Assembly (NCBI GenBank): GCA_902538885.1
Contig: CACBGU010000005.1
Location: 177 to 64,176 of the forward strand
DNA length: 64,000 bases
From: an uncultured Pelagibacteraceae bacterium
GTDB taxonomy: Bacteria > Pseudomonadota > Alphaproteobacteria > Pelagibacterales > Pelagibacteraceae
Direction: 5' to 3'
Part shown: in pieces, positions 18,567-29,300 of the stretch
Layout of the letters: each line of letters starts with the position of its first letter
How positions within the stretch are numbered: the stretch's first letter is position 1
Notes under the pieces: generated by a model
Databases searched by the model: none
Told to the model about the DNA's origin: nothing
What the model saw: the letters and a program-made list of their open reading frames with translations, nothing else
Made by a program: the position numbers and the translations under genes

Positions 18567-19850
18567 TTATTTTCTCCTTATTCGTTTTACTACAGATTGA
18601 GCGTGTCCAACCAACCCTTCGTAATTTGCAAGTGTTATAACTGATGGTCCAAGACTTTCAATACCCTTTTTTGATAAGTTTATGTATGAAATCCTTTTAT
18701 AAAATTCATTTACACTTATACCGCTTGAGTATTTTGCAGAACCATTAGTTGGTAACACATGGTTTGATCCAACATTATAATCTGTCATTGCCATCACTGC
18801 ATATTTTCCTAAACATATTGATCCTGAATTTTTTATTTTTGGAACTAACGATTTATAATTTTTAATATTTAATTCTAAATGTTCTGGTGCAATTTTATTT
18901 ATAACACTAATTATTTTAGCATCTGAAGAAACATACATAAGAATTCCATTATTAATTAAACTTCTTATTGCAACAGAAGCTCTTGGAATTTCTTTTAATT
19001 GTTTAGTAATTTCAATTTTTACTTTATCTAGCAAATCTTTATCTTTTGAAATCAAAATACATTGTGCAAGAATATCATGTTCAGCTTGTCCAATTAAATC
19101 ACTTGCAACCCACTCAGGATTTGAGAATTTGTCACAAACGACAGTCACTTCTGAAGGACCTGCAGTCATACCTTCAATTCCAACAACACCAAAAACTTCT
19201 TTTTTTGCTGCCGCAACATATGCGTTTCCTGGACCAACTATTTTATGAACTTTTTTAATTTTTTTAGTCCCATAAGATACTGCTGCAATAGCAGAAGGGC
19301 CTCCGATAGAATAAATTTCTTTTATTTTGCATTTTTTTGCGGCGTATAATACAGCTGGATTTTGTTTTCCTTTATGGCCTGGATTAATCATAACTATTCT
19401 TTTAACACCTGCTACAATTGCTGGAATAGCATTCATCAAGACACTTGAAGGGTATGAAGCAGTAGAACCAGGAACATAAATTGCAACAGACTCTAAAGGC
19501 ACATATTTATATTCGAGTTTATTTTTTAATTTGTCTGTATAAGTAATATTTTTAAATTTTTGAAGTGAATGAAATTTATAAATTCTATTATAAGCCGTAT
19601 CAATTGCCTTCTTTACTTTTTTATCAAGTGAATTTATAGATTTTTTTATTTGTTTTGAGCTTGGAATAATTATGTTGTTTTGATTGAATCTTTTCTCGTA
19701 TTTTAATAGTGCTTTATCTCCATTTTTTTTAACATCTTTAATTATATTTGTTACAGAAACGGAGTCTGATTGAATTTTTTTTTTTCTCTGTAAAAGCAAA
19801 TTCTCTAATAATTTATCAAAATTTTTACTTTTACTATTTAATGTCTTCAT
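18567..19850 (-). CDS. hisD: histidinol dehydrogenase
   Basis: [30 protein letters not shown] and NHVLPT motifs. Confidence 0.95.
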   Translation of the reverse strand: MKTLNSKSKNFDKLLENLLLQRKKKIQSDSVSVTNIIKDVKKNGDKALLKYEKRFNQNNIIIPSSKQIKKSINSLDKKVKKAIDTAYNRIYKFHSLQKFKNITYTDKLKNKLEYKYVPLESVAIYVPGSTASYPSSVLMNAIPAIVAGVKRIVMINPGHKGKQNPAVLYAAKKCKIKEIYSIGGPSAIAAVSYGTKKIKKVHKIVGPGNAYVAAAKKEVFGVVGIEGMTAGPSEVTVVCDKFSNPEWVASDLIGQAEHDILAQCILISKDKDLLDKVKIEITKQLKEIPRASVAIRSLINNGILMYVSSDAKIISVINKIAPEHLELNIKNYKSLVPKIKNSGSICLGKYAVMAMTDYNVGSNHVLPTNGSAKYSSGISVNEFYKRISYINLSKKGIESLGPSVITLANYEGLVGHAQSVVKRIRRK

Positions 19851-19852
19851 AA

Positions 19853-20245
19853 CTATTTAATTTCACTTTGATCCTCTAATCTTGCCTCAATAGTTTCTGT
19901 AGTTAAAGCAATATGAGCATTGTTATTAAAAATAAGATTTATTTCATAAACATCATTATTTTTCAAATAATCTATACCTATTAGTTCTAAAACTGTTTCT
20001 TGATTTGATTGATCAATGTTCTTTGATCTTACTTTGTCAACAAAATCAAACCTACAAATGCTATTGATTTTTTTATCTTCCTGATCACTTTCAACCTTGG
20101 TTCTTTCAATTGATAATAAAAAAACCTTATTGGATGCTAGATATTTTATATCTGCAATTTTAACCTTTGCCCCTGAACTACAAGCTGAAATCATCTGTAA
20201 CCCTTCTTGGTCACTTGCTATAATTTTTGCTAAATATTTATTCAC
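19853..20245 (-). CDS. DUF2948-like protein
   Basis: 130 aa between murA and hisD, the conserved alphaproteobacterial position; LQMISAC and RLED motifs. Confidence 0.7.
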   Translation of the reverse strand: MNKYLAKIIASDQEGLQMISACSSGAKVKIADIKYLASNKVFLLSIERTKVESDQEDKKINSICRFDFVDKVRSKNIDQSNQETVLELIGIDYLKNNDVYEINLIFNNNAHIALTTETIEARLEDQSEIK

Positions 20246-21504
20246 TATTTTAATCTTTTAATTTTAACACCTATTTTTTTTAATTTATTTTCTATTTTTT
20301 CATAACCTCTATCTAAGTGATAAATTCTGTTAATATATGATTTACCATTAGAAACTATAGCTGCTAGAACCAAAGCAACAGAAGCTCTTAAATCACTAGA
20401 CATTAATTCGGCGCCAATGAATTTAGTATTTCCTTCTATCGTAGCAGTATTGTTTTTAATATTTATTTTTGCTCCCAGTCTATGCAATTCTGCAACATGC
20501 ATAAATCTATTTTCAAAAATACTTTCAGTTATTGAACTTTTGCCAACTGCTTTGCACATTAAAACCATCAATTGTGCTTGAAGGTCTGTTGGAATACCTG
20601 GAAACTCTTTAGTTTTAATGCTTTTTATGGATTTTATTTTTTCAGGTCCTTTAATTAAGATTTTATTTTCACTAGTTTTAATTTTAGCACCAACTTTTTT
20701 TAGTAATTTTATTTCTGTACCAATAATTTTGGGATTTAAATTATTTATTTGTAAGTTACCTTTTGCAAGTGTTGCAGCTACACAAAATGTGCCTGCTTCT
20801 ATTCTATCGGCCATTACAGAATATTCAGTTTCATTTAAAGAATTTACACCTATGATTTTACAAACTCTTCCTGTCCATTTTATTTTCGCTCCAGCATTAT
20901 TTAAAAAATTTGTAAGATCTTTAATCTCAGGTTCTATTGCACAATTTTTTAAAACTGTTTTTCCTTTTGCTAAACATGCTGCTATTATAGAATTTTCAGT
21001 TGCCCCAACACTTATCTCTGGAAAGTTTACAGTTGTTCCACTAAGTTTTCCTTTTGATTTTGCTAAAATATATCCATCTTTTAGTTCATATTTCATACCA
21101 AGTTTTTTTAATGCTGTTAGATGATAATTAACTGGTCTAGCACCAATTAAACACCCTCCAGGTAAAGAGATTTTAGATTTATGGTATTTTGAAATAAGTG
21201 GACCTAAAACTAAAATAGAACCACGCATTGTTTTGACTAAAGAATAACTAGCAAAAGTTTTCATATTTTTTTTATTTATAATTTTTGCTGTTTTTTTATC
21301 TCTTGATAAAATTATTTTAGAACCAAGAGACTTTAATAAATTTAACATTGTATTAATGTCTCTAACTCTTGGTAAATTTTTGATAACCACAGGTTTATCA
21401 AATAATAATGTTGCAGCTAAAATTGGAAGAGATGCATTCTTCGAACCTGAAATTGAAACATTGCCCTTGATTTTACAAGGGCCATTAATCAGAAATTTAT
21501 CCAT
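20245..21504 (-). CDS. murA: UDP-N-acetylglucosamine 1-carboxyvinyltransferase
   Basis: GSKNASLP, LPGGCLIGARPV, SVGATEN, PTDLQAQ, FENRFMH, DLRAS and HLDRGYE motifs. Confidence 0.97.
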   Translation of the reverse strand: MDKFLINGPCKIKGNVSISGSKNASLPILAATLLFDKPVVIKNLPRVRDINTMLNLLKSLGSKIILSRDKKTAKIINKKNMKTFASYSLVKTMRGSILVLGPLISKYHKSKISLPGGCLIGARPVNYHLTALKKLGMKYELKDGYILAKSKGKLSGTTVNFPEISVGATENSIIAACLAKGKTVLKNCAIEPEIKDLTNFLNNAGAKIKWTGRVCKIIGVNSLNETEYSVMADRIEAGTFCVAATLAKGNLQINNLNPKIIGTEIKLLKKVGAKIKTSENKILIKGPEKIKSIKSIKTKEFPGIPTDLQAQLMVLMCKAVGKSSITESIFENRFMHVAELHRLGAKINIKNNTATIEGNTKFIGAELMSSDLRASVALVLAAIVSNGKSYINRIYHLDRGYEKIENKLKKIGVKIKRLK

Positions 21505-21507
21505 AAA

Positions 21508-22068
21508 TTACTTTTTAATTTTAGCAACTTGAATTGTAGTTTGACCCTGATATTTACCGTTCTTTGATTTATAAGTTGTTTCTGGCTGAGTATCTGATTT
21601 GAAAAATAAAAATTGTGCTATTCCTTCATTTGAATAAATTTTTGCGGGATTAGGTGTTGTATTACTTAGCTCAATTACAATATTGCCCTCAAATTCATTT
21701 TCAATTGGAGTAACATTACAAATAATTCCTGTCCTAGCATAAGTACTTTTTCCAACACAAATACATAAAACATCTTTTGGTATTCTAAAATATTCTACTG
21801 TTTTAGCTAAAACGAATGAATTTGGTGGGATAATACAATGTGGTCCTTTTCGTTCTATAAAGTTATCATCAGAAAAATTCTTTGGATCAACTAAAGAACT
21901 ATTAACGTTGGTAAAAATTCTATATTCATCTGAGATTCTAACATCATATCCCATACTACTTAATCCATAAGAGATTTTACCTTCAGAAACTTGATGATCC
22001 AAAAATGGTTCTATCATATTGTGCTCTTTGCACATTTTTTTAATCCAAGAATCAGGTTGAATTGACAT
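21508..22068 (-). CDS. dcd: dCTP deaminase
   Basis: [30 protein letters not shown] and GKYQGQ motifs. Confidence 0.95.
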   Translation of the reverse strand: MSIQPDSWIKKMCKEHNMIEPFLDHQVSEGKISYGLSSMGYDVRISDEYRIFTNVNSSLVDPKNFSDDNFIERKGPHCIIPPNSFVLAKTVEYFRIPKDVLCICVGKSTYARTGIICNVTPIENEFEGNIVIELSNTTPNPAKIYSNEGIAQFLFFKSDTQPETTYKSKNGKYQGQTTIQVAKIKK

Positions 22069-22169
22069 TATTTATTTTTCTTTTTATTTTTTTTTTGGAA
22101 AATTTTTCTTTTCTTCAAATTTTTTCTAAGCGCCAAGCTTAAACGCTCATTTTTTTCTTTTGAACTCAT
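22068..22169 (-). CDS. small basic protein, 33 aa (not in ORF track)
   Basis: [37 protein letters not shown] overlap with the upstream gene and TAATG overlap with dcd. Resembles the RLxxALRxNLKRRK peptides I recall upstream of murA/dcd in alphaproteobacteria. Confidence 0.75.
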   Translation of the reverse strand: MSSKEKNERLSLALRKNLKKRKIFQKKNKKKNK

Positions 22170-22366
22170 TCTTTGTTTGGGTTAGTCAGGAAATCTAAAG
22201 AAATTGGTTTATTGGGATCTAGTGCAGGTGCTTTTTCCTCTTCTTTTTTTGGGCCTTCTTTAGCTAAACGTTTAGCTTTTTTTTCAGCAAGCTTTCTCTC
22301 TCTTTTAGCTTGCTTTTCCATAAGCTTATTACCTTTAGTTGATTTGTAGTCGTAATGAATTCCCAT
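22166..22366 (-). CDS. small Lys/Arg/Glu-rich hypothetical protein
   Basis: 66 aa; first gene of the dcd-murA-hisD run; coupled to the next ORF. Confidence 0.65.
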   Translation of the reverse strand: MGIHYDYKSTKGNKLMEKQAKRERKLAEKKAKRLAKEGPKKEEEKAPALDPNKPISLDFLTNPNKE

Positions 22367-22466
22367 AACATTTTCCTAAAATAGATATAAATCATATTCA
22401 TCAAAAAATTAAGGCAATAATTTGAAAAAAATGCTTTATTATCAATAAAATACAATTTGTCTCTAA

Positions 22467-22540
22467 GCTCCTGTAGTTAAATGGTATAACAAGTCATTGG
22501 TAATGACTAGTTCCCTGGTCAGTACAGGGTGGGAGCACCA
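22467..22540 (+). tRNA. tRNA-Thr(GGT), non-canonical T-loop
   Basis: GCTCCTG/TGGGAGC acceptor stem, AGTCA-TTGGTAA-TGACT anticodon arm, CCCTG-GTCAGTA-CAGGG T-arm, ACCA end. Confidence 0.85.
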
Positions 22541-23263
22541 CTAAATTCTGTAAAAAAACTTTCTCAAAAATATCGTAATCAAAATTAAAATAAAGAAAGC
22601 TGTAATAGGAACATATATATCAGGAGAAAATATTATATCAGTTATTCCTGGTACTTCAGCATTTTGGTCTATAATTTTTTCTAATCCACTACCAATAGAA
22701 ACTGCTAAAAAAATTTGAGGAACTATTCCAATCAATGTAGCAAAGAAAAAATTTATAACCTTAACATTAAATAAGGTTGGTAAGATACAGCTCAGCTGCC
22801 AAGGTATACCACCTATAAAGCGGTAAATTAATAAATAATTAAATTCAGATTGTTTAAATTTTATTTCTAAGTTTTGAAATTTATTTAAGAACTTTTCTCT
22901 AATAAGCTGTTTTAAAAAATAATTTCCAAAAATATATAAAAAAGTAGCACCAATACTCAAGCCTAAAACAACAACAAATGTACCTATCCATTTTCCAAAT
23001 ATAAAACCACCCATTAAAGCAACTGGAGATCCAAATCCTAAAAAAGGGAAAACCCAAAGAATAGTTAATACTAAAAAAATAATAGAAATTAAAAATAAGT
23101 TAGATTTTTTAAGTTCAAAAAAATAAGATCGGTTATTTCTTAGAAAATCATAGGATGTAATTTCTGAAAGACTAAATTTTGAAAAAAAGAAATACAAAAA
23201 TACACAAATAATTAATAGATAAAATAACCCAATAAATAATTTAATTTTTTTTGTATTTTCCAT
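22541..23263 (-). CDS. TVP38/TMEM64 (VTT/DedA-like) membrane protein
   Basis: Multi-TM protein; GGFIFG..G, GAT, YRFIGGIP and FFFATLIGIVP motifs; divergent from rpmH. Confidence 0.8.
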   Translation of the reverse strand: MENTKKIKLFIGLFYLLIICVFLYFFFSKFSLSEITSYDFLRNNRSYFFELKKSNLFLISIIFLVLTILWVFPFLGFGSPVALMGGFIFGKWIGTFVVVLGLSIGATFLYIFGNYFLKQLIREKFLNKFQNLEIKFKQSEFNYLLIYRFIGGIPWQLSCILPTLFNVKVINFFFATLIGIVPQIFLAVSIGSGLEKIIDQNAEVPGITDIIFSPDIYVPITAFFILILITIFLRKFFYRI

Positions 23264-23360
23264 GATTCTTCTTATTTTAATGCTTAATCTTCTATTTGCT
23301 ATTTTAATTATTACTAATATAAAGGTGCAAAAATTATAAAAAACTATATCAAATCTAATT

Positions 23361-23501
23361 ATGAAAAGAACTTATCAACCCTCAAATAAAAAAAGAGCTC
23401 GAAAACACGGATTTCGTTCAAAAATGAAAACTAAAGGTGGTAAAAAGCTTTTGGCTAGAAGAAGAGCAAGAGGAAGAAAATCACTAACTGTTTCTGTATA
23501 G
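23361..23501 (+). CDS. rpmH: 50S ribosomal protein L34 (not in ORF track)
   Basis: Translated by hand: [46 protein letters not shown]. Confidence 0.97.
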   Translation: MKRTYQPSNKKRARKHGFRSKMKTKGGKKLLARRRARGRKSLTVSV

Positions 23502-23505
23502 AATA

Positions 23506-23847
23506 ATGAAAAGCAAAATACTTGCTCTTTCAAAAAACGAAGAATTTAAAAATTTACTTAAACAAAAAAAGATTACCAATAAATATGTAAGTATTTTTTT
23601 TGGAAAATTACTAAATAAAGATAAAAAAAGACTTAATATCAGTTTTGTAACTAAAAAAAAAATTGGTAATGCGGTAAAGAGAAATAAAATTAAAAGAAGA
23701 TTAAGAAACATCATGAATGAAGCTGTTAAAAAAATAGAGATAAACTTTGATTATTCATTTCTTGTTATAGCTAAGTCTTCTATGCTAAATAATGAATACA
23801 AAATTATAAAAGAAACTCTTTTTCAAGATTTTGCAAAAATAAAATAA
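23506..23847 (+). CDS. rnpA: ribonuclease P protein component
   Basis: [18 protein letters not shown] (RNR motif); follows rpmH. Confidence 0.95.
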   Translation: MKSKILALSKNEEFKNLLKQKKITNKYVSIFFGKLLNKDKKRLNISFVTKKKIGNAVKRNKIKRRLRNIMNEAVKKIEINFDYSFLVIAKSSMLNNEYKIIKETLFQDFAKIK

Positions 23848-24098
23848 TGAATATATTTACTTTAATTTTAATTAAATTTATCAAAGCCTATAAATATTTG
23901 ATAAGTCCATTATTGGGTCATTCTTGTAGATATTTACCAACATGTTCTGAATACAGCATAGATGCTTTAAAAGAATACGGTTTTTTTAAAGGTTTATTAA
24001 TTAGTATAAAAAGAATTTTATCCTGCCATCCAATAAAATTTTTAGGGGGTGGTGAAGGGTTTGATCCAGTTAAAAAAGAAATGAAGGATAATAAATAA
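23847..24098 (+). CDS. yidD: membrane protein insertion efficiency factor
   Basis: [24 protein letters not shown] and GFDPV motifs. Confidence 0.95.
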   Translation: MNIFTLILIKFIKAYKYLISPLLGHSCRYLPTCSEYSIDALKEYGFFKGLLISIKRILSCHPIKFLGGGEGFDPVKKEMKDNK

Positions 24099-25777
24099 TG
24101 GAAACCAGAAATATAATTGCTGCCATAAGTTTATCAGCTGCTGTAATTATATTATACTCGCTATTTTTTGCACCACCTCCTGTAACGAAAGAAAATTTAA
24201 CCGAAAAAACTAAGACTGAACAGAATTCAGATGCACCTAGTCTTGATCAAAAAGAAAATGTAACCGAAATTTCACGAGAAGAAGCGTTACAACAAAGTGA
24301 AAGAATTCAATTTGAAAACCAAAGTATTGTTGGATCTATTTCATTAAAAGGAGCCGCAATAGACGATCTAACTTTCAAAGAATATAATGTTAGTTTAGAA
24401 AGCGATGAAAAAGTAAAATTTCTTGCACCACGAAGCTCTAAAGAAGGCTATATAATAGAAAGTGGTTTTATAACTACTGATAAAAATATCGATATTCCAA
24501 ATGCAGATTCAATTTGGTCAGTTTCTGGAAATAAAAAATTAACTGATCAATCTCCTATAAAACTAAGTTGGACTAATGATCAAGGCATCACTTTTGAAAA
24601 AGAAATTGCATTAGATGATAAGTTTTTATTCACAATTAAACAAAGAGTTATAAATTCTACTGATAAAAACTATGACTTCTATTCTTATGGACAAATTATA
24701 AGAAATCAAATCCCAGAAGGTTTAACCGATTTTTATATTCTTCATGAAGGCCCTATCGCTACATTAGACGAAGAATTAATTGAGGAAGATTATGACGATA
24801 TTGAAGAGAAAAAATTCTCAAGAACTGCCCAAAAAGGATGGTTAGGTCTAGGAGATAAATATTACATATCAACTCTAATTCCACCAAGAGAAAAAGAATT
24901 TAAAACTACGATGGATTACAAAAACAAGTACAGAATAAACTTTGTTACAACAGAACCATTAGAGTTAACTGGAAACTCTTCTATAGAAGAAAACTTGCAA
25001 GTAATAGTAGCTGCAAAAAGAGTTGATGTAATTGATGGGTACGCAGAATCATTAAAAATTGATAAATTTGATCTTACGATTGATTGGGGATTCTTATACT
25101 TTTTAACACGTCCTTTGTTTACTGCTTTAGAATATTTCTTTAAAATATTTGGTAATTATGGATTAGCAATTATTGCTGTTACCGTTTGTATTCGTGTAGC
25201 ATTTTTTCCACTTGCTAATTTTTCATTTAGAAGCATGGCTAAAATGAAAGCTCTTCAGCCTGAGATGGCAAGACTTAAGGAAGTACACAAAGATGACAAG
25301 ATGAAATTACAACAAGCAATGATGGCTCTTTACAAGAAGGAAAAAGTAAATCCCATGTCTGGATGTTTGCCAATTCTAATTCAAATACCTGTATTTTTTG
25401 CTTTATATAAAGTTTTATTTGTAACGATAGAAATGCGTCATATGCCTTTTTATGGATGGATCCAAGATTTAAGTGCTAAGGATCCTACTTCAATATTTAA
25501 TTTATTTGGATTGTTTCCTTATGACGTACCTTCTTTCCTTGTAATTGGAGCATGGCCGGTTGCTATGGGGGTATCAATGTGGGTGCAACAAAAGTTAAAT
25601 CCAGCTCCAACAGATCCAATGCAAGCAAAAATATTTATGTTCTTCCCTTTATTTTTAACAGTAATTCTTGCACCATTCCCAAGTGGTCTAGTAATTTATT
25701 GGACAGTTAATAACATTTTAACAATGGCTCAGCAGGTTGTAATAATGAAACGTACAACAGTTAAAACTGTAACCTAA
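24098..25777 (+). CDS. yidC: membrane protein insertase YidC
   Basis: IDWG, NYGLAII, SMAKMKALQP, NPMSGCLP and GLVIYW motifs. Confidence 0.97.
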   Translation: METRNIIAAISLSAAVIILYSLFFAPPPVTKENLTEKTKTEQNSDAPSLDQKENVTEISREEALQQSERIQFENQSIVGSISLKGAAIDDLTFKEYNVSLESDEKVKFLAPRSSKEGYIIESGFITTDKNIDIPNADSIWSVSGNKKLTDQSPIKLSWTNDQGITFEKEIALDDKFLFTIKQRVINSTDKNYDFYSYGQIIRNQIPEGLTDFYILHEGPIATLDEELIEEDYDDIEEKKFSRTAQKGWLGLGDKYYISTLIPPREKEFKTTMDYKNKYRINFVTTEPLELTGNSSIEENLQVIVAAKRVDVIDGYAESLKIDKFDLTIDWGFLYFLTRPLFTALEYFFKIFGNYGLAIIAVTVCIRVAFFPLANFSFRSMAKMKALQPEMARLKEVHKDDKMKLQQAMMALYKKEKVNPMSGCLPILIQIPVFFALYKVLFVTIEMRHMPFYGWIQDLSAKDPTSIFNLFGLFPYDVPSFLVIGAWPVAMGVSMWVQQKLNPAPTDPMQAKIFMFFPLFLTVILAPFPSGLVIYWTVNNILTMAQQVVIMKRTTVKTVT

Positions 25778-25791
25778 TTTAAAAATAATAA

Positions 25792-26640
25792 ATGGACCTT
25801 GAAAAGATATTACCTAAAGATGGGCCACCAATTGATGAAGTAAATAAATATATTGAAAAATACAAAAATGATTTAATAGTAATTAAATACGGTGGAAACG
25901 TTTTAATTGATAGGAATGTATTTAATAATTTTATAACTGATCTTAGTGTTTTAAATAAATTGGGCCTTGCGACTGTGGTAATTCATGGTGGTGGACCTAG
26001 AATTAAAAGAGAACTAGAAAAATCAAATATTCAATCAAAATTTATAAGAGGACTTAGAGTAACTGATAAACATATAATTGATATTGTTGAATCTGTTTTG
26101 ATTGATTTTAATAATGACATTGTTAATTCTTTAAAGGACAAAGAGACAGAGGCAATCTCTATTCACACAAAAAATAATAATGTTATAAAAATTATACCAG
26201 AAGCACAAGAGCTAGGATTTGTAGGAATACCAAATGAGATTAATAATGAACAAATATTAAATATAATTAATCAAAATAAAATTCCTATAATTTCTCCATT
26301 GGGATTGGGTAAAGAAAATCAAACATATAATATTAATGGAGATACTGCCGCAATGGCTATAGCAAAATCTTTAAAATCAAGAAGACTTTTATTGATGACG
26401 AATGTGGATGGTGTTCTAGATAAAAATAAAAAATTAATAGAGGAAATTTCTTCATCTGAGGTTCTTGAAATGATTAAAGATGAAACTATTACAGAAGGCA
26501 TGATACCTAAAATAAATGCATGCTTAGACGCCGTAAATAATGGTGTTACAGCGGTTGGTATAATTAACGGTACAAAACCACATTCATGTTTATGGGAAAT
26601 ATTCTCTGACAAGGGATCTGGGACCCTAATAAGACAATGA
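25792..26640 (+). CDS. argB: acetylglutamate kinase
   Basis: VIKYGG, HGGGP, GLRVTD, NINGD, GMIPK and GSGT motifs. Confidence 0.95.
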   Translation: MDLEKILPKDGPPIDEVNKYIEKYKNDLIVIKYGGNVLIDRNVFNNFITDLSVLNKLGLATVVIHGGGPRIKRELEKSNIQSKFIRGLRVTDKHIIDIVESVLIDFNNDIVNSLKDKETEAISIHTKNNNVIKIIPEAQELGFVGIPNEINNEQILNIINQNKIPIISPLGLGKENQTYNINGDTAAMAIAKSLKSRRLLLMTNVDGVLDKNKKLIEEISSSEVLEMIKDETITEGMIPKINACLDAVNNGVTAVGIINGTKPHSCLWEIFSDKGSGTLIRQ

Positions 26641-27308
26641 AAGAGTTAAAAAATATCAAAAACATATTATTTGATTGTGATGGAGTGCTCTACAGTGATC
26701 TTGAGGGAGTATTTGGTCAAGTAAGTAAAAAAATGACTCAATACATTTCAAATAAATTAAATGTAGATTTAAAAGAAGCAAAAGAATTACAAACAAATTA
26801 TTTTCATAAATATAATACCAGTCTTAATGGTTTAATGATTCATCACGATATACCTCCAAGAGAATTTTTAGACTACGTACATGATATTGATTTAGATTTT
26901 TTAGAAAAAGATACTGTTTTGAGGAATGAGCTAGAACATACTAATCTAAACAAATTTGTTTTTACAAATGGTAGCAAAGAACATGTTAAAAATATCACTA
27001 CTCACTTAGGAATTGATGATCAATTTGATGGTGTTTTTGATATTGTCGATGCTGAATACAGTCCAAAACCTACAGCAAAAGCATTTGATCTTATGGTAAA
27101 AAAATTTCAAATTGATCCAACTGAGACACTTTATATTGAAGATATTGCAAAAAACTTATCTATTGGAAAAGAAAGAGGAGCAAAAACAGTTTGGTTAATG
27201 AATGATGAATACTGGGGTAAAAAAGAGTCTGAACAGGAATACATTGATTACAAAATAGAAAATCTTTCTTTATTTTTAAAAGAAATAAGGTTATTAAAAA
27301 ACTCATAA
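26637..27308 (+). CDS. HAD-family hydrolase, pyrimidine 5'-nucleotidase-like
   Basis: FDCDGVLY, FTNG, PKP and EDIAKNL motifs; conserved position between argB and dapD. Confidence 0.85.
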   Translation: MKELKNIKNILFDCDGVLYSDLEGVFGQVSKKMTQYISNKLNVDLKEAKELQTNYFHKYNTSLNGLMIHHDIPPREFLDYVHDIDLDFLEKDTVLRNELEHTNLNKFVFTNGSKEHVKNITTHLGIDDQFDGVFDIVDAEYSPKPTAKAFDLMVKKFQIDPTETLYIEDIAKNLSIGKERGAKTVWLMNDEYWGKKESEQEYIDYKIENLSLFLKEIRLLKNS

Positions 27309-27312
27309 AATT

Positions 27313-28140
27313 ATGAGTATAGAAAAAATTATAAATGAAGCTTGGGAAAATAAAGACCAAGTAGGCCAAAATTCAGATAAATCTTTAAAGGATGTTGTTA
27401 ATCAAATTATTGAAGATTTAGACAGCGGAAAAGCAAGAGTAGCTGAAAAGATCAATGGTGAATGGGTTACTCATCAATATCTAAAAAAAGCTATCATGTT
27501 AAGTTTTAGAATGTACCCAATGGAAAATTTAAATGGTCCATACAGTAGCTGGTATGACAAAGCTCATTTACTTAAAGGAAAAACAGCGGGATGGACAAAA
27601 GAAGATCATGAAAAAGCTGGTTTTAGAATGGTACCTAATTCACCAGTAAGAAAAGGATCATTTGTAGGAAAGAATGCAGTTTTAATGCCGTGTTATGTAA
27701 ATATTGGTGCATATATTGATGAAGGAACAATGATGGATACATTTAGTCGTGCAGGAAGTTGTTGTCAGATTGGAAAAAATTGTCATATCTCAGCTGGGAC
27801 CGGGGTTGGAGGCGTATTGGAACCTGCTCAAGCATTACCAACAATTATTGAAGATAATGTTTTCCTAGGAGCAATGTCTGAAGTAGTAGAAGGTGTAATA
27901 GTTGGAGAAGGCTCTGTTCTGAGTATGGGAATGTATATTGGTCAATCAACGAAAATAGTTAATAGAAAAACTGGTGAAATAACTTATGGAAAAATTCCAC
28001 CTTATTCAGTGGTAGTTCCAGGATCCTTGCCAGATAAAAACAATCCACAAGCACCATCTTTATATTGTGCAGTAATAATTAAACAAGTTGATGAAAAAAC
28101 AAGATCAAAAACATCAGTTAATGATCTTTTAAGAGAATAA
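27313..28140 (+). CDS. dapD: tetrahydrodipicolinate N-succinyltransferase
   Basis: RVAE, KKAIMLSF, GGVLEP and SLYCAVI motifs; hexapeptide repeats. Confidence 0.95.
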   Translation: MSIEKIINEAWENKDQVGQNSDKSLKDVVNQIIEDLDSGKARVAEKINGEWVTHQYLKKAIMLSFRMYPMENLNGPYSSWYDKAHLLKGKTAGWTKEDHEKAGFRMVPNSPVRKGSFVGKNAVLMPCYVNIGAYIDEGTMMDTFSRAGSCCQIGKNCHISAGTGVGGVLEPAQALPTIIEDNVFLGAMSEVVEGVIVGEGSVLSMGMYIGQSTKIVNRKTGEITYGKIPPYSVVVPGSLPDKNNPQAPSLYCAVIIKQVDEKTRSKTSVNDLLRE

Positions 28141-28142
28141 AA

Positions 28143-29300
28143 ATGCAAAAAATTAATGAACTTCAATTAGCAAAAGAGCTAATTAGGTTTCCATCTGTTA
28201 CAAAAACTGATGCCGGTGTTATTAAATTTTTAGAAAAAAAATTAAAAAAAATTGGCTTTAAAACTAAAATTCTCGAGTTCAAAGATAACAATAGTTATCC
28301 CGTAAAAAATCTTTACGCAAAACTTGGTACCACAACTCCAAATTTTTGTTATGCAGGTCATTTGGATGTGGTACCACCTGGTAATTTGAATGATTGGACT
28401 GTTAATCCCTTTAAACCTGCTATTAAGAAAGGATACTTAATTGGTAGAGGTGCAAATGATATGAAAAGCTCAATAGCTGCATTTGTTACCGCGGTAAGTA
28501 ACTTTTCTAAGAAAAACAAAAAATTTGGTGGCTCCATCAGCCTTCTAATTACTGGAGATGAAGAAGGAATTGCAATTAATGGGACGAAAAAAGTTGTTGA
28601 ATATTTGAGGAGAAGAAAAGAAAAAATAGATTTTTGCTTAGTAGGAGAACCTACAAATCCAAATAAATTAGGAGAAATGATTAAAATTGGTCGTAGAGGT
28701 AGTATGACTGGAAAATTGACTGTCATTGGTATTCAAGGTCATGTAGCTTATCCTAACAGAGCAAACAATCCATCAACAGCTTTAGTCCAAATACTCAGAA
28801 AGTTAAAAGAAGTTAAATTTGATAAAGGAACAAAAGATTTTCAACCTACAAATTTAGAAATAACAAAAATTAACATTGATAATTCAGCTGATAATGTAAT
28901 TCCAGGATTAGCTAGTGCATCATTTAATATTAGATTTAATAACAAACACACATCTTACAAATTAAAGAATAAAATTAATAAAATAATAAAACAAATTTGT
29001 AATAAAAATAAATCAAAATACAAAATTGAATATAGTGTTTCTGGTGAGGCTTTTTTAACTAAGCCTAACAAAACTACATTTATGATTCAAAATACAATTA
29101 AAAAAATTACTAAAATTAAACCGAAATTGTCTACGACTGGTGGTACATCGGATGCCAGATTTATAAGAAAAATAGCTCCATGTTTAGAATTTGGATTAGT
29201 GGGAAAAACTATGCATAAGGTAGGAGAATGTGTGTCATTATCTGATTTAAAAAGATTAACTTTAATTTATACTAAAATCTTAGATAGTTACTTTAAGTGA
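28143..29300 (+). CDS. dapE: succinyl-diaminopimelate desuccinylase
   Basis: GHLDVVP, GRGANDMK, GDEE, GEPT, GRRGS, QGHVAYP and GGTSDARF motifs. Confidence 0.96.
   Translation: MQKINELQLAKELIRFPSVTKTDAGVIKFLEKKLKKIGFKTKILEFKDNNSYPVKNLYAKLGTTTPNFCYAGHLDVVPPGNLNDWTVNPFKPAIKKGYLIGRGANDMKSSIAAFVTAVSNFSKKNKKFGGSISLLITGDEEGIAINGTKKVVEYLRRRKEKIDFCLVGEPTNPNKLGEMIKIGRRGSMTGKLTVIGIQGHVAYPNRANNPSTALVQILRKLKEVKFDKGTKDFQPTNLEITKINIDNSADNVIPGLASASFNIRFNNKHTSYKLKNKINKIIKQICNKNKSKYKIEYSVSGEAFLTKPNKTTFMIQNTIKKITKIKPKLSTTGGTSDARFIRKIAPCLEFGLVGKTMHKVGECVSLSDLKRLTLIYTKILDSYFK

Noticed and set aside
22264-22455. 63-aa minus-strand ORF upstream of the dcd operon
   Set aside because: It overlaps the better-supported 66-aa ORF in another frame and covers the divergent promoter region.
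23484-23714. 76-aa minus-strand ORF
   Set aside because: Antisense to rpmH/rnpA, which are unambiguous.
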